This document shows, piece after piece, positions 1 to 7,526 of a stretch of 32,238 nt of DNA (position 1 is the first letter of the stretch; each line of letters begins with the position of its first letter). Source of the stretch: a virus (lineage: Duplodnaviria; Caudoviricetes). The notes beneath the pieces were generated by a model. That model saw only the letters and a program-made list of their open reading frames with translations. It was not told the DNA's origin and ran no database searches. The translations under genes and the position numbers were made by a program. The stretch is from positions 1-32,238 of the IMG/VR virus record IMGVR_UViG_3300005805_000284. One strand, given 5' to 3'.

Positions 1-165
1 GACGGCGAACGGCTTCGGAAGACCTTCGACGACATCGACGAGGCGATCGCCTATGCGAAGGAACTAGTGAACGCCGACCCGTCGCTCTCGCGCACCGTTC
101 CGCAGTCCGATCACGTTCTCGCCTGTTGGTCGATTGGTCGATTCGCCATCGAGGTGATCGCGTGA
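1..165 (+). CDS. Hypothetical protein, 5'-truncated by the window edge
   Basis: Frame 1 is open from base 1 (DGERLRKTFDDIDEAIAYAKELV...IEVIA) with GC-rich third positions. Its TGA (163-165) overlaps the GTG of the next gene. Confidence 0.7.
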   Translation, partial: DGERLRKTFDDIDEAIAYAKELVNADPSLSRTVPQSDHVLACWSIGRFAIEVIA

Positions 166-308
166 GCGCGTCCGATTGGCAGGAGGTCGCGATCGCCTGC
201 GGGTTGACCGCGATCGTCGTCGGCGTGATCGCCGTCCGGCTCGCGGACGCCCTGCGCCGCACCGTCGCGGAGGTCGAACGCCTCCGCGCGAAGGAGGAGC
301 GGCGATGA
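162..308 (+). CDS. Small single-pass membrane protein (48 aa)
   Basis: GTGA overlap with the upstream stop and GAGGTG RBS at 151-156. A hydrophobic stretch VAIACGLTAIVVGVIAV is followed by a charged helix. The stop overlaps the next ATG. Confidence 0.7.
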   Translation: MSASDWQEVAIACGLTAIVVGVIAVRLADALRRTVAEVERLRAKEERR

Positions 309-568
309 CGTGGACGCCGCTCACGAAGCCGGAGGTGATCGCACGACGCGCGCACCTCGGCGAGATCGACGCGATGCTCGCGCACCATGTCCGCGCGCTC
401 ACCGTCGCGCGCGCTCGGTACGGCTTCCTCGTGTCCGACGTCGCTCGACGTCGGGGAACCGCGACTGTAGAACTTCTCGCGCGCAAGGTCGAGAACCTCG
501 AACGCGCGCGCGCATTGTGGATCGACGACTTCCGTAGAACAGAGAACCCCAAGGAGACCGACTCATGA
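305..568 (+). CDS. Hypothetical protein (87 aa, MTWTPLTKPE...)
   Basis: ATGA overlaps at both ends and AAGGAGGAG RBS upstream. This is the 3' part of listed ORF 176..568. Confidence 0.75.
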   Translation: MTWTPLTKPEVIARRAHLGEIDAMLAHHVRALTVARARYGFLVSDVARRRGTATVELLARKVENLERARALWIDDFRRTENPKETDS

Positions 569-1494
569 GTTTCGACCAAACCCACGACAGATCGAAGACG
601 ATCGGCGGTTCAGACGCCGCCGCCGTCCTCGGCCTGTCGCCCTTCCGTTCGCCGCTTGACGTTTGGATGGAGAAGACGGGACGCCGGAAGGCGTTCACCG
701 AGAACCGCTACACGCGCCTCGGGAACCTTCTCGAACCCATCGTCGCGGACATCTACGCGGAGGAGACCGGGTTCCGCGTGCGCGATCCCGCCGTGACCCT
801 CACCCATCACCAGTTCGCGGTGATCTCGGGGACGCCCGACCGCATCGCGACAGACTCCGACAACGTGTCGCGCGTCGTCGAAGTGAAGACCGCATGGACG
901 CCGCGCAGCGTCGCCGCGTGGGGCGAACCCGGGACGTCCGACGTCCCCGCTCACTACAACGTCCAAGGCGTGATCTACATGGCCCTAACGGGCCTCGACA
1001 TCTGCGACTTCGCCCTGTTTGCGGGCGGCGACGTCAAGCGGTACACGATTCATCGTGATGGTGTTGCGGAAACGCAACTGCTCGAAACTCTCGCCGCGTG
1101 GTGGGACGCGCACGTTGTGCGCGACGTTCCCCCTGACGTCACGGGCGGCGACCTCGACCTGCTCAAGACGCGGTGGGGTTCGTCCTCCGGCGTGATGCTG
1201 AAGGCGACGCCGAGCCTCGAGGAGATCGCGGCGAAGTATGCCGCCGTGACGACGCGCCTCGCTGAAGCGGAGGCGGAAGCCGACGCTCTGAAGGCGACGC
1301 TGCAGTCCGTCATCGCCGACGCCGACGGAATAGAGGGCGAGACGTTTCGCGCCACTTGGAAGTTTGCGAAGGCTAGCGCACGCACGGATTGGGAAGCGGT
1401 CGCTAAGGCGGCGAACGCCTCGCGTGAGTTGATCGAACAGAACACGAAGATCGGAGCGGCATCCCGCCGCTTCCTGTTCAAGGAGAAGTCATGA
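565..1494 (+). CDS. YqaJ-like viral recombinase / lambda-exonuclease family nuclease
   Basis: IGGSDAAAVLGLSPF, G-LEP, TPD, EVKT and Y-Q motifs. AAGGAG RBS. Adjacent to recT. Confidence 0.93.
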   Translation: MSFDQTHDRSKTIGGSDAAAVLGLSPFRSPLDVWMEKTGRRKAFTENRYTRLGNLLEPIVADIYAEETGFRVRDPAVTLTHHQFAVISGTPDRIATDSDNVSRVVEVKTAWTPRSVAAWGEPGTSDVPAHYNVQGVIYMALTGLDICDFALFAGGDVKRYTIHRDGVAETQLLETLAAWWDAHVVRDVPPDVTGGDLDLLKTRWGSSSGVMLKATPSLEEIAAKYAAVTTRLAEAEAEADALKATLQSVIADADGIEGETFRATWKFAKASARTDWEAVAKAANASRELIEQNTKIGAASRRFLFKEKS

Positions 1495-2252
1495 CCACTA
1501 CGAAGCAGATGGCACCCATCGAGGGATTCAAGTTGGCAGTTGACGCGCGGAAGGCGTCGTGGGGTGCGATCCTTCCGAAGCACGTTTCGGTCGAGCGGTT
1601 CGCCCGCTCGATCATCCTCGCGGCGGCGCGCTCGCCCGCGCTCCTGAACGCGGACAAGGCGTCCGTGTTTCTTGCCGCGCAGCAGGCGGCGCAACTCGGC
1701 CTCGACTGTTCGGGGACGCTCGGATCCGCGTACCTTGTTCCCTACGGCGGCAAGGTGACGCTCGTCATCGGATACCGAGGTCTGATCGACCTCGCGCGTC
1801 GGTCGAAGGAGATCGTGTCCCTTCAGGCGCAGGTCGTTCATGCCGCCGATAGGTTCGAGGTGACGCTTGGAACCGAGCCGTCGATCGTCCACGTCCCGGC
1901 GTTCGGGGTCGACGATCGCGGCGACGTGACCGCCGCCTACGCGGTCGCGGAACTCGTCGGCGGTGGTCGTCAGTTCGAGGTCATGACGCGCGGTCAGTTG
2001 GAGGCGATCCGCCGTCGCTCGAAGGCGAGCGGGTCGGGGCCTTGGGTCACGGACACCGAGGAGATGTTCCGTAAGACCGTCCTGCGTCGCCTCGCGAAGT
2101 GGCTCCCGCTGTCGCCGGAACTCGCCGACGCGATGATCGCCGAAGCCGCCGGGAACGACGGCGACGCGTCCGACGCGGCGATCGCCGCCGCTGCCGATGT
2201 CCTCGAAGTCCCGGCGGATAACGTCGAGAAGGAGCCGACCGATGCCAAGTGA
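1491..2252 (+). CDS. recT: RecT family single-strand annealing protein
   Basis: AAQLGL, AYLVPY, IGYRGLIDLARRS and GPWVTDTEEMFRKTVLRRLAKWLPLS motifs. Translationally coupled to the YqaJ gene. Confidence 0.95.
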   Translation: MTTTKQMAPIEGFKLAVDARKASWGAILPKHVSVERFARSIILAAARSPALLNADKASVFLAAQQAAQLGLDCSGTLGSAYLVPYGGKVTLVIGYRGLIDLARRSKEIVSLQAQVVHAADRFEVTLGTEPSIVHVPAFGVDDRGDVTAAYAVAELVGGGRQFEVMTRGQLEAIRRRSKASGSGPWVTDTEEMFRKTVLRRLAKWLPLSPELADAMIAEAAGNDGDASDAAIAAAADVLEVPADNVEKEPTDAK

Positions 2253-2469
2253 GAAGACCTTCAAGTCCTCGGAGATCGCGCCGTCACTTCTCGTGACGGT
2301 CGCGCCCGGGGATCGCGTGAACGCTATGGTGAAGTTCGAGTTCCCGAACTCGCTGTCGCAGATGAAGCGCGCCTACGTCATGGACTGGACACCTGAACAC
2401 GACGACGTTGCGGCGACGCTCGAAGCCGCCGCCGCCGAGATCCGCAGACTCCGAGGAGACAAGTCATGA
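2242..2469 (+). CDS. Hypothetical protein (75 aa, MPSEKTFK...)
   Basis: AAGGAG RBS before ATG 2242. ATGA overlap with the next gene. Confidence 0.7.
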   Translation: MPSEKTFKSSEIAPSLLVTVAPGDRVNAMVKFEFPNSLSQMKRAYVMDWTPEHDDVAATLEAAAAEIRRLRGDKS

Positions 2470-2978
2470 ACGAAGACATGAAAGAAGTCGTGAACCTCAT
2501 CGCGGGTCTGTACGGTGCCGCCCTCCCCTACAACGGGACGGGCGGTCACTCGGGGAGCGAGACGTCGAAGGAACGCGCCGAGCGCGAAGCCGACGACGGC
2601 ACGCTTGCGAAGCGGCAGGCCGAAGTCCTCGCGTACCTGTGGGAACGTGCCGATCGGGGCGCGACATGGGCGGAGGTCGGCGAACACTTGGGGATTCACC
2701 ACGGGAGCGCGTCCGGCGCGCTCTCGAACCTTCACAAGGCGGGGAGGATCGTCAGGACGTCGGATCGTCGCGGGAGGTCAGAAGTGTATATGGTCGCCGA
2801 GATCGCGGCGACGTTGCCCGTGACGTTGCGCGAACCTCGCGAGCGCGTGTCGCGGAAGGAGATCGCCGAAGCGGTCGCCGTCATCGAGAAGCGGCTTTTC
2901 ATCGCCGGGTTCTGCGACGTCGAGATCGAGCGCGCGCTTGCCGTGCTGCGCCGCGCGGGAGGTTCCCATGAAGACTAG
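2466..2978 (+). CDS. Winged helix-turn-helix DNA-binding protein
   Basis: RQAEVLAYL...GATWAEVGEHLGIHHGSASGALSNLHKAGRIVR fits a wHTH pattern. GAGGAG RBS. Confidence 0.75.
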   Translation: MNEDMKEVVNLIAGLYGAALPYNGTGGHSGSETSKERAEREADDGTLAKRQAEVLAYLWERADRGATWAEVGEHLGIHHGSASGALSNLHKAGRIVRTSDRRGRSEVYMVAEIAATLPVTLREPRERVSRKEIAEAVAVIEKRLFIAGFCDVEIERALAVLRRAGGSHED

Positions 2979-3240
2979 GTTCCACCTCTACGCGGTCGCC
3001 GACGAATCGCTCGCCCGCAAGGTCGCCGAGACCGCATTCGCGCTCGGCGTGTCGCAGGCGCACCTAATCAGGTGGGCGACGTCCGAGTTCCTCGCGACCG
3101 CCGAGGCGCGGGTGACCGCGCTCCGAACAGCGGGCGCGCTCCCTCCGCCGCCACTCGGCGCGAAGTCGGAGCCGAAGTCCCGCGCGAATCGGAACCCCGC
3201 TAAACGACGCCCGGAGCCGGGCGTGGATGAGCCGTTCTGA
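2968..3240 (+). CDS. Putative ribbon-helix-helix DNA-binding protein (90 aa)
   Basis: GGAGG RBS before ATG 2968. Strand-helix-helix pattern TRFHLYA-DESLARKVAETAFALGVSQAHLIRWATSEFL, then a Pro/basic tail. TGATG overlap with the MTase. Confidence 0.6.
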   Translation: MKTRFHLYAVADESLARKVAETAFALGVSQAHLIRWATSEFLATAEARVTALRTAGALPPPPLGAKSEPKSRANRNPAKRRPEPGVDEPF

Positions 3241-4202
3241 TGAAGTTCCTCAGCGTCTTCTCGGGCATCGAAGCGGCTTCCGTCGCGTGGAAGCCGCTTG
3301 GTTGGGAGGCGATCGGCTTCTCGGAGATCGACCCCTTCCCGTGTTCGGTTCTCGCGCATCACTTCCCACAGGTTCCCAACTTCGGAGACATCACCCGACA
3401 TGAATCATGGAACATCGACCCCGGAACAGTTGATCTTCTGGTCGGAGGATCACCTTGTCAGTCCTTCTCCTCCTCGGGAAAACGAGCAGGACTCGACGAC
3501 CCACGAGGCCGACTTATGCTCACCTATCTGGACATTGTTGCCCAACTCCGGCCACGTTGGATCGTATGGGAAAACGTCGTGGGTGTCCTGCACTCAGGAC
3601 GAGGACGGGACTTTGGTTCCTTCCTCGGGGGTCTGGTTGAACGCGGGTACCAGTTCGCCTACAGGGTACTGGACGCTCGGTATACACGAGTCGATGGATA
3701 CCCACGAGGACTCCCACAGAAACGGCGGCGAGTGTTCGTTGTTGGATATCGTGGACGAGATAACGCCGCAGAGCGAGTGTTGCTTGATCACGCAAACACG
3801 ACTTCGAGGAATGAAAAAAAGAACAGTTCCGCGGGAATGGGAGAAGTGGCCAGAGGACGCGAAGCGTCTGCTCCTGTGCAAACTGTAGAGTGTTTTCGCC
3901 TAGATAACTTCTCCGGCCAGTGGCACGGAACGACGTTCCCGACCCTACAAAAAACAGCAATCCAACACGCGATCATCGTCAACGGAGAGCATATCCGCTA
4001 TCCTTCTATGGTTGAACTTGAACGCGCGCAGGGCTTCCCCGACAACTGGACGAACGTCATGCACGACGGCAAGCCGCCTACCAAGGCGATGCGCGTCGGC
4101 GCGATTGGTAACAGCATGGCGGTCAACTGTATGCGGCACATCGGACGTCGCATCGAAGCCGTCGAGGCCGAGATGAACCCCCTCACGAACCCTAAGACGT
4201 AG
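3240..4202 (+). CDS. DNA (cytosine-5)-methyltransferase
   Basis: Motifs I (FSGIEA), IV (GGSPCQSFS), VI (ENV), VIII (QKRRRVF), IX (ELERAQGFPD) and X (IGNSMAV) in canonical order. Confidence 0.95.
   Translation: MKFLSVFSGIEAASVAWKPLGWEAIGFSEIDPFPCSVLAHHFPQVPNFGDITRHESWNIDPGTVDLLVGGSPCQSFSSSGKRAGLDDPRGRLMLTYLDIVAQLRPRWIVWENVVGVLHSGRGRDFGSFLGGLVERGYQFAYRVLDARYTRVDGYPRGLPQKRRRVFVVGYRGRDNAAERVLLDHANTTSRNEKKNSSAGMGEVARGREASAPVQTVECFRLDNFSGQWHGTTFPTLQKTAIQHAIIVNGEHIRYPSMVELERAQGFPDNWTNVMHDGKPPTKAMRVGAIGNSMAVNCMRHIGRRIEAVEAEMNPLTNPKT
3400..3888 (+). CDS. Nested +1-frame ORF inside the methyltransferase gene (putative beta-type partner polypeptide, 162 aa)
   Basis: Stop-free frame 3298-3888 with ATG at 3400 after GGAGA. 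The overlap region departs from the genome's codon bias. Contains SSGVWLNAG...YWTL...ECSLLDIV. Confidence 0.6.
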   Translation: MNHGTSTPEQLIFWSEDHLVSPSPPRENEQDSTTHEADLCSPIWTLLPNSGHVGSYGKTSWVSCTQDEDGTLVPSSGVWLNAGTSSPTGYWTLGIHESMDTHEDSHRNGGECSLLDIVDEITPQSECCLITQTRLRGMKKRTVPREWEKWPEDAKRLLLCKL

Positions 4203-4229
4203 ACGCGGCGACCGCCCGCGCCGCTCCGT

Positions 4230-4571
4230 CTAGCGCGTCCGATGCCGCAAGGGTCGGACGCGCGCCTTTTTCCGCTCGCGTTCGACGCGCTCCGACAGGA
4301 CGCCCATAACGACGAACTGTTCGAGTTCGGTCAGATCCTCGAACCTCTCGGCGTACTTGCCGAACCTTCGCCGCACCGTTGGCCAGTCGGCGACCGGGAG
4401 GACGAACCCTTCGAGACCTTGCGGCTTGAGGCACGCGAACGACATCCGCCACGTCTCCGCCGCGTCGTGTCCGCGCGTTCGCCGGATGCGGAGATACTCG
4501 TCGCGTTCGCTCGGCCTGTAACGCTTCGACACTCGGAACTCCCACGGCGCGACGAGCGCGAGCGTCTGCAC
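4230..4571 (-). CDS. Hypothetical protein (113 aa), last gene of the late operon
   Basis: GTG start a few nt after the upstream stop. Codon usage (CTC, GCG, GTC, TTC) matches the genome. The antisense ORF 4242..4598 is its in-register shadow. Confidence 0.65.
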   Translation of the reverse strand: MQTLALVAPWEFRVSKRYRPSERDEYLRIRRTRGHDAAETWRMSFACLKPQGLEGFVLPVADWPTVRRRFGKYAERFEDLTELEQFVVMGVLSERVERERKKARVRPLRHRTR

Positions 4572-4574
4572 GGG

Positions 4575-4952
4575 TCACCGTTTCAGGAGAGCGCGTAGGT
4601 CGGCTTCGTGGATCAGGAAGTACCCGCCCGCCGGGGAGACGACGCCGAGCGTGTCCGTGCCGTCGAGGATCACGCGAACCTCCGCCTGTGCCACGCGCGG
4701 GAACCCCTTCGTCTGATCGTCTACGGGGTGCATCGTCGCGACCACCACCTCGCGAGTCGCGCAACCACCAAGAACGACCACCAACACGCCAAGGAGACCA
4801 GAGCGACGAGCGCGCGCGATGACGCGCTCGACGTCGGTCGGCTTCTGTTCGAGGTTCCCATAGGTGACGCGACCCGTTTCGCGCGGCGTTCGGAGGGCGA
4901 CCCCGAGGACGTCGGCGATCAGTTGCGAGAGGAACGCGAGAAGAGCGGTCAT
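4575..4952 (-). CDS. Putative lipoprotein / spanin-like lysis protein (125 aa)
   Basis: ATGA overlap with the holin stop. N-terminal hydrophobic helix plus an internal signal with lipobox (RARRSGLLGVLVVVLGGC). Lies in the lysis position. Confidence 0.6.
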   Translation of the reverse strand: MTALLAFLSQLIADVLGVALRTPRETGRVTYGNLEQKPTDVERVIARARRSGLLGVLVVVLGGCATREVVVATMHPVDDQTKGFPRVAQAEVRVILDGTDTLGVVSPAGGYFLIHEADLRALLKR

Positions 4953-5287
4953 CGCTTCGCGACCATCGCTTCGATATACGCTCGGAGTTTCTCCTCGCCC
5001 CACGACTTGATCAGTTCTGCCGCCTTCGGGCCGACAAGTTGGAGCGCGATCGCTCCGGCGCGTCGACGGGCTTCCGCCTTCTCCGCGTCGGTCAGCGTGC
5101 CGTCCTGCGCCGCCGCTTTCAGGTCGTCGACGTAGGTCTGTCGAACGGAGTTCACGGCGAGCAGGATCGCCTCGATCGCCTCGGCTTTCGTGTCGGACAT
5201 CTCGACGCGCTTCGCGATCCATCGCGCGGCGATGCCGAGGATGGCGATAACGAGCGAGAGGAGGACGTCTTGTAGTTCGACGCTCAT
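4949..5287 (-). CDS. Putative holin, LL-H-like (112 aa)
   Basis: Single N-terminal TM (VLLSLVIAILGIAARWI) followed by AVNSVRQTYVDDLK...AEA...YIEAMV, resembling LL-H-type holins. AAGGAG RBS and ATGA overlaps. Confidence 0.65.
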   Translation of the reverse strand: MSVELQDVLLSLVIAILGIAARWIAKRVEMSDTKAEAIEAILLAVNSVRQTYVDDLKAAAQDGTLTDAEKAEARRRAGAIALQLVGPKAAELIKSWGEEKLRAYIEAMVAKR

Positions 5288-5511
5288 CGGATCTCCTTCG
5301 TGATGAAGTAGGTAACCGCGCCCGTGACGAGCGCGATCACGAATCGCTCGAACATCGCGGTGAGCGGCGACTGTGCCGCGACCGTGCGTTCGAGTTGCGC
5401 GACCGATTGGGACAGTTGCGCGATGCACTTCTGAAGCGCGAGGTGATCCGCGCGCAGTTGGTCGAACCGCGTCGTCAGGACGGCGAGTTCTACGTCGTTC
5501 GTTTCGGACAT
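5284..5511 (-). CDS. Coiled-coil protein with C-terminal TM (XhlA-like lysis accessory architecture)
   Basis: Heptad pattern followed by FVIALVTGAVTYFI. AAGGA RBS. First gene of the lysis cluster. Confidence 0.65.
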   Translation of the reverse strand: MSETNDVELAVLTTRFDQLRADHLALQKCIAQLSQSVAQLERTVAAQSPLTAMFERFVIALVTGAVTYFITKEIR

Positions 5512-5530
5512 GGTGCGGTTCCTTGTATGA

Positions 5531-5602
5531 GGCGCGACGGGGAAAAGATCGGATGGATCAGGAGAACATGGAACAGGAGATGTCGTCTCGTAGCGTCGCG
5601 CC
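5531..5602. promoter_or_regulatory. Intergenic stem-loop with an internal 13-nt direct repeat
   Basis: Perfect inverted repeat GGCGCGACG (5531-5539) / CGTCGCGCC (5594-5602) enclosing ATGGATCAGGAGA (5553-5565) and ATGGAACAGGAGA (5568-5580). Confidence 0.55.
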
Positions 5603-5608
5603 CTTGTC

Positions 5609-6337
5609 TTAGGTGGTGACCGAGTAGCGAATGACGGCGACGACCCGCGCGGACGAGAGCGAGGTCGGAGACCCGGTCTGCGTCACGTCGAGGCGGAGGA
5701 CGTCGTTCTGCGCGATCCCGGTCAGGTTCTGATCGAGCGCGAGCGCGTAGGCGACCTCGGCTCCGATCTCGGCTCCGTTCGTCGACTTCGACGCCGATCG
5801 GAGGTTCTCCGACTGCGTGACGTTGCGAACGTTGAACGACCACGCGTTCGAGCCGCTCGATCCCGTCGTCGCGACCGACGAGACGAGGAGGACGTCGGAG
5901 ATCGTGCAAGCGGCGGGCGCGATCCACAGGAGGGAGTTCGCCGTGCCGGAGATCGTGACGACGACAGGAGCCGCGAGGAGCCGCCCGTCGACCTGACCCT
6001 TGTTCACGGCGTCGGTCGACGCCGATCCGTTCGCGAGGCCCGTGATCGCGTTCGACCCCATAGCGAGTGCGCCGGACATCGTGCCGCCTGTCGCCGCGAT
6101 GAGACCGCCGCCCGCGACCGTGTAGTCGGGGACGACCGTCACCCACGCGGAACCCGTGTAGATCTGGAGGACGTTCGTGTCGGTCTTCGCGAACAGTTGC
6201 CCCTCGACGGGTGTCGGCGTCGAAGGCGCAGACGTTCCCGAGAAGGACGAACGGCACGCAGAAAAGTTGTCGTTGATGAGCGACCGCGACGCGGTGAGCG
6301 TGTCGGTCGACGCGATCGTGGTAAAGGTCTGCGACAT
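5609..6337 (-). CDS. Tail fibre / virion structural protein (242 aa)
   Basis: FSGTSAPSTPTPVEGQLF, GGTMSGALAMGSNAITGLA...DAVNKGQVD fibre motifs and a C-terminal beta-sandwich-like domain. Confidence 0.75.
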   Translation of the reverse strand: MSQTFTTIASTDTLTASRSLINDNFSACRSSFSGTSAPSTPTPVEGQLFAKTDTNVLQIYTGSAWVTVVPDYTVAGGGLIAATGGTMSGALAMGSNAITGLANGSASTDAVNKGQVDGRLLAAPVVVTISGTANSLLWIAPAACTISDVLLVSSVATTGSSGSNAWSFNVRNVTQSENLRSASKSTNGAEIGAEVAYALALDQNLTGIAQNDVLRLDVTQTGSPTSLSSARVVAVIRYSVTT

Positions 6338-6339
6338 GA

Positions 6340-6528
6340 TTAGGTCTCCAGAGGTTCGACGAACCTCGGGGTGTTATTCGGATCGTACGTCCACCCGGGC
6401 GCGCACCGCTCATCGGGGTCGAGTTGAATCGTGAGCATATCGGGCCACAGGGACTCGCCGCCGCCCCACACGATCACGTTATCGACGACGAGCGTCGTCG
6501 TGTTCACAAGTGCCCATCGATTGTTCAT
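6340..6528 (-). CDS. Small tail-fibre-associated protein (62 aa)
   Basis: WALV...VVDNVIVW...GWTYD...F pattern typical of small proteins that follow Gly-rich fibre genes. ATGA overlap. Confidence 0.7.
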   Translation of the reverse strand: MNNRWALVNTTTLVVDNVIVWGGGESLWPDMLTIQLDPDERCAPGWTYDPNNTPRFVEPLET

Positions 6529-7526
6529 TGGTACTCCCAACAGACGATCACGACACCGTTCCCACCTGCTCCGCCCGCTCCGCTTGGAGAAACGCCTGAA
6601 CCGCCGCCGCCACCGCCGCCGCTGCCACGGAAACCATTCCCACCGTTGCCGCCCGCTACGGTGTTCGCGCTGTCGCCGCCTTGTCCGCCGCCGCCGCCCG
6701 GCCCCGCGCGAAGAAGAGACGAGAAGTCGGACGGAAAGTATGGAAGCGAAAACAGTTCGTTGAAGATGAAGCGACTATCCATCTCCGCGTTGCTCCCCGA
6801 TGTTCCCCAAACGCCCGCTGTAAACCCCACCGAACCGCTGTTCCATCCGACAACAGAGAACGGGAGGGGTGTCGTTGCCGCACCCGCGAATCCTTTGCCC
6901 GTTCCCCCCGCGCCGCCCATAGAACCCCAGTTCGCCGGAAAGAGGCTTTGAGTCGTTGGGTAGACGCTTGCGTCGGCGTTGCGTCCCTGCCCGCCTTGCT
7001 GCCCGGGAAAACCCCCGTAGGTGATCGTCTGCGCCGCGCCGTTCGCTCCCGTCGTAGTTGTTCCGCCGCTACCTGAGTTCCCGGGAGCCGGGTTTAGTCG
7101 ATAAGCCGCAGCGCCCCCGCCGGGCATTCCATATGAAACGTCCTGAAAGAAGACCTGCGTCGTGCCTCCTGACGTTCCGTTGTTGCCGTTGGTGTTGTCT
7201 GTAGTCTGTCCCGCTCCACCTGTTCCACCCGCTCCGATGGTGACGAAGTATCTGTTGATGCCGTAACGGGCGAAGATAGAAACAGGAACGCGCGCGCGGA
7301 ACTCAACGGCGGAACCCGAACCGCCGCCGCCACCGCTCGCGGCGGTCGAACTCCCGAGGCGACCCGATCCACCTCCGCCGCCCGCCGAGATACAGATAAA
7401 CGAGACGAACTTCGCGTCGACCATGAACGGGATATTCTGCTGCGTCGTTTCATGGACTACCCATTGGCACGGGCGAAGGTATCCGCGCGTTCCTCGTCCT
7501 ACTCCGTCGAAGATGCCGTCGTTCAC
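6525..7526 (-). CDS. Glycine-rich domain virion protein, probable receptor-binding tip (333 aa)
   Basis: GTGA overlap at 7523-7526. [26 protein letters not shown] and GAGGAGGNGVVIVCW motifs. Lower GC than its neighbours. Confidence 0.8.
   Translation of the reverse strand: MNDGIFDGVGRGTRGYLRPCQWVVHETTQQNIPFMVDAKFVSFICISAGGGGGSGRLGSSTAASGGGGGSGSAVEFRARVPVSIFARYGINRYFVTIGAGGTGGAGQTTDNTNGNNGTSGGTTQVFFQDVSYGMPGGGAAAYRLNPAPGNSGSGGTTTTGANGAAQTITYGGFPGQQGGQGRNADASVYPTTQSLFPANWGSMGGAGGTGKGFAGAATTPLPFSVVGWNSGSVGFTAGVWGTSGSNAEMDSRFIFNELFSLPYFPSDFSSLLRAGPGGGGGQGGDSANTVAGGNGGNGFRGSGGGGGGGSGVSPSGAGGAGGNGVVIVCWEYQ

Noticed and set aside
4205-4224. GCGGCG/CGCCGC hairpin where the two arms converge
   Set aside because: Only a 6-bp stem with no U-tract on either strand. 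This is expected by chance at this GC level, so it is not called a terminator.
4242-4598. + strand 118-aa ORF after the MTase
   Set aside because: It is the in-register antisense shadow of 4230-4571, which has better codon usage and operon coupling.
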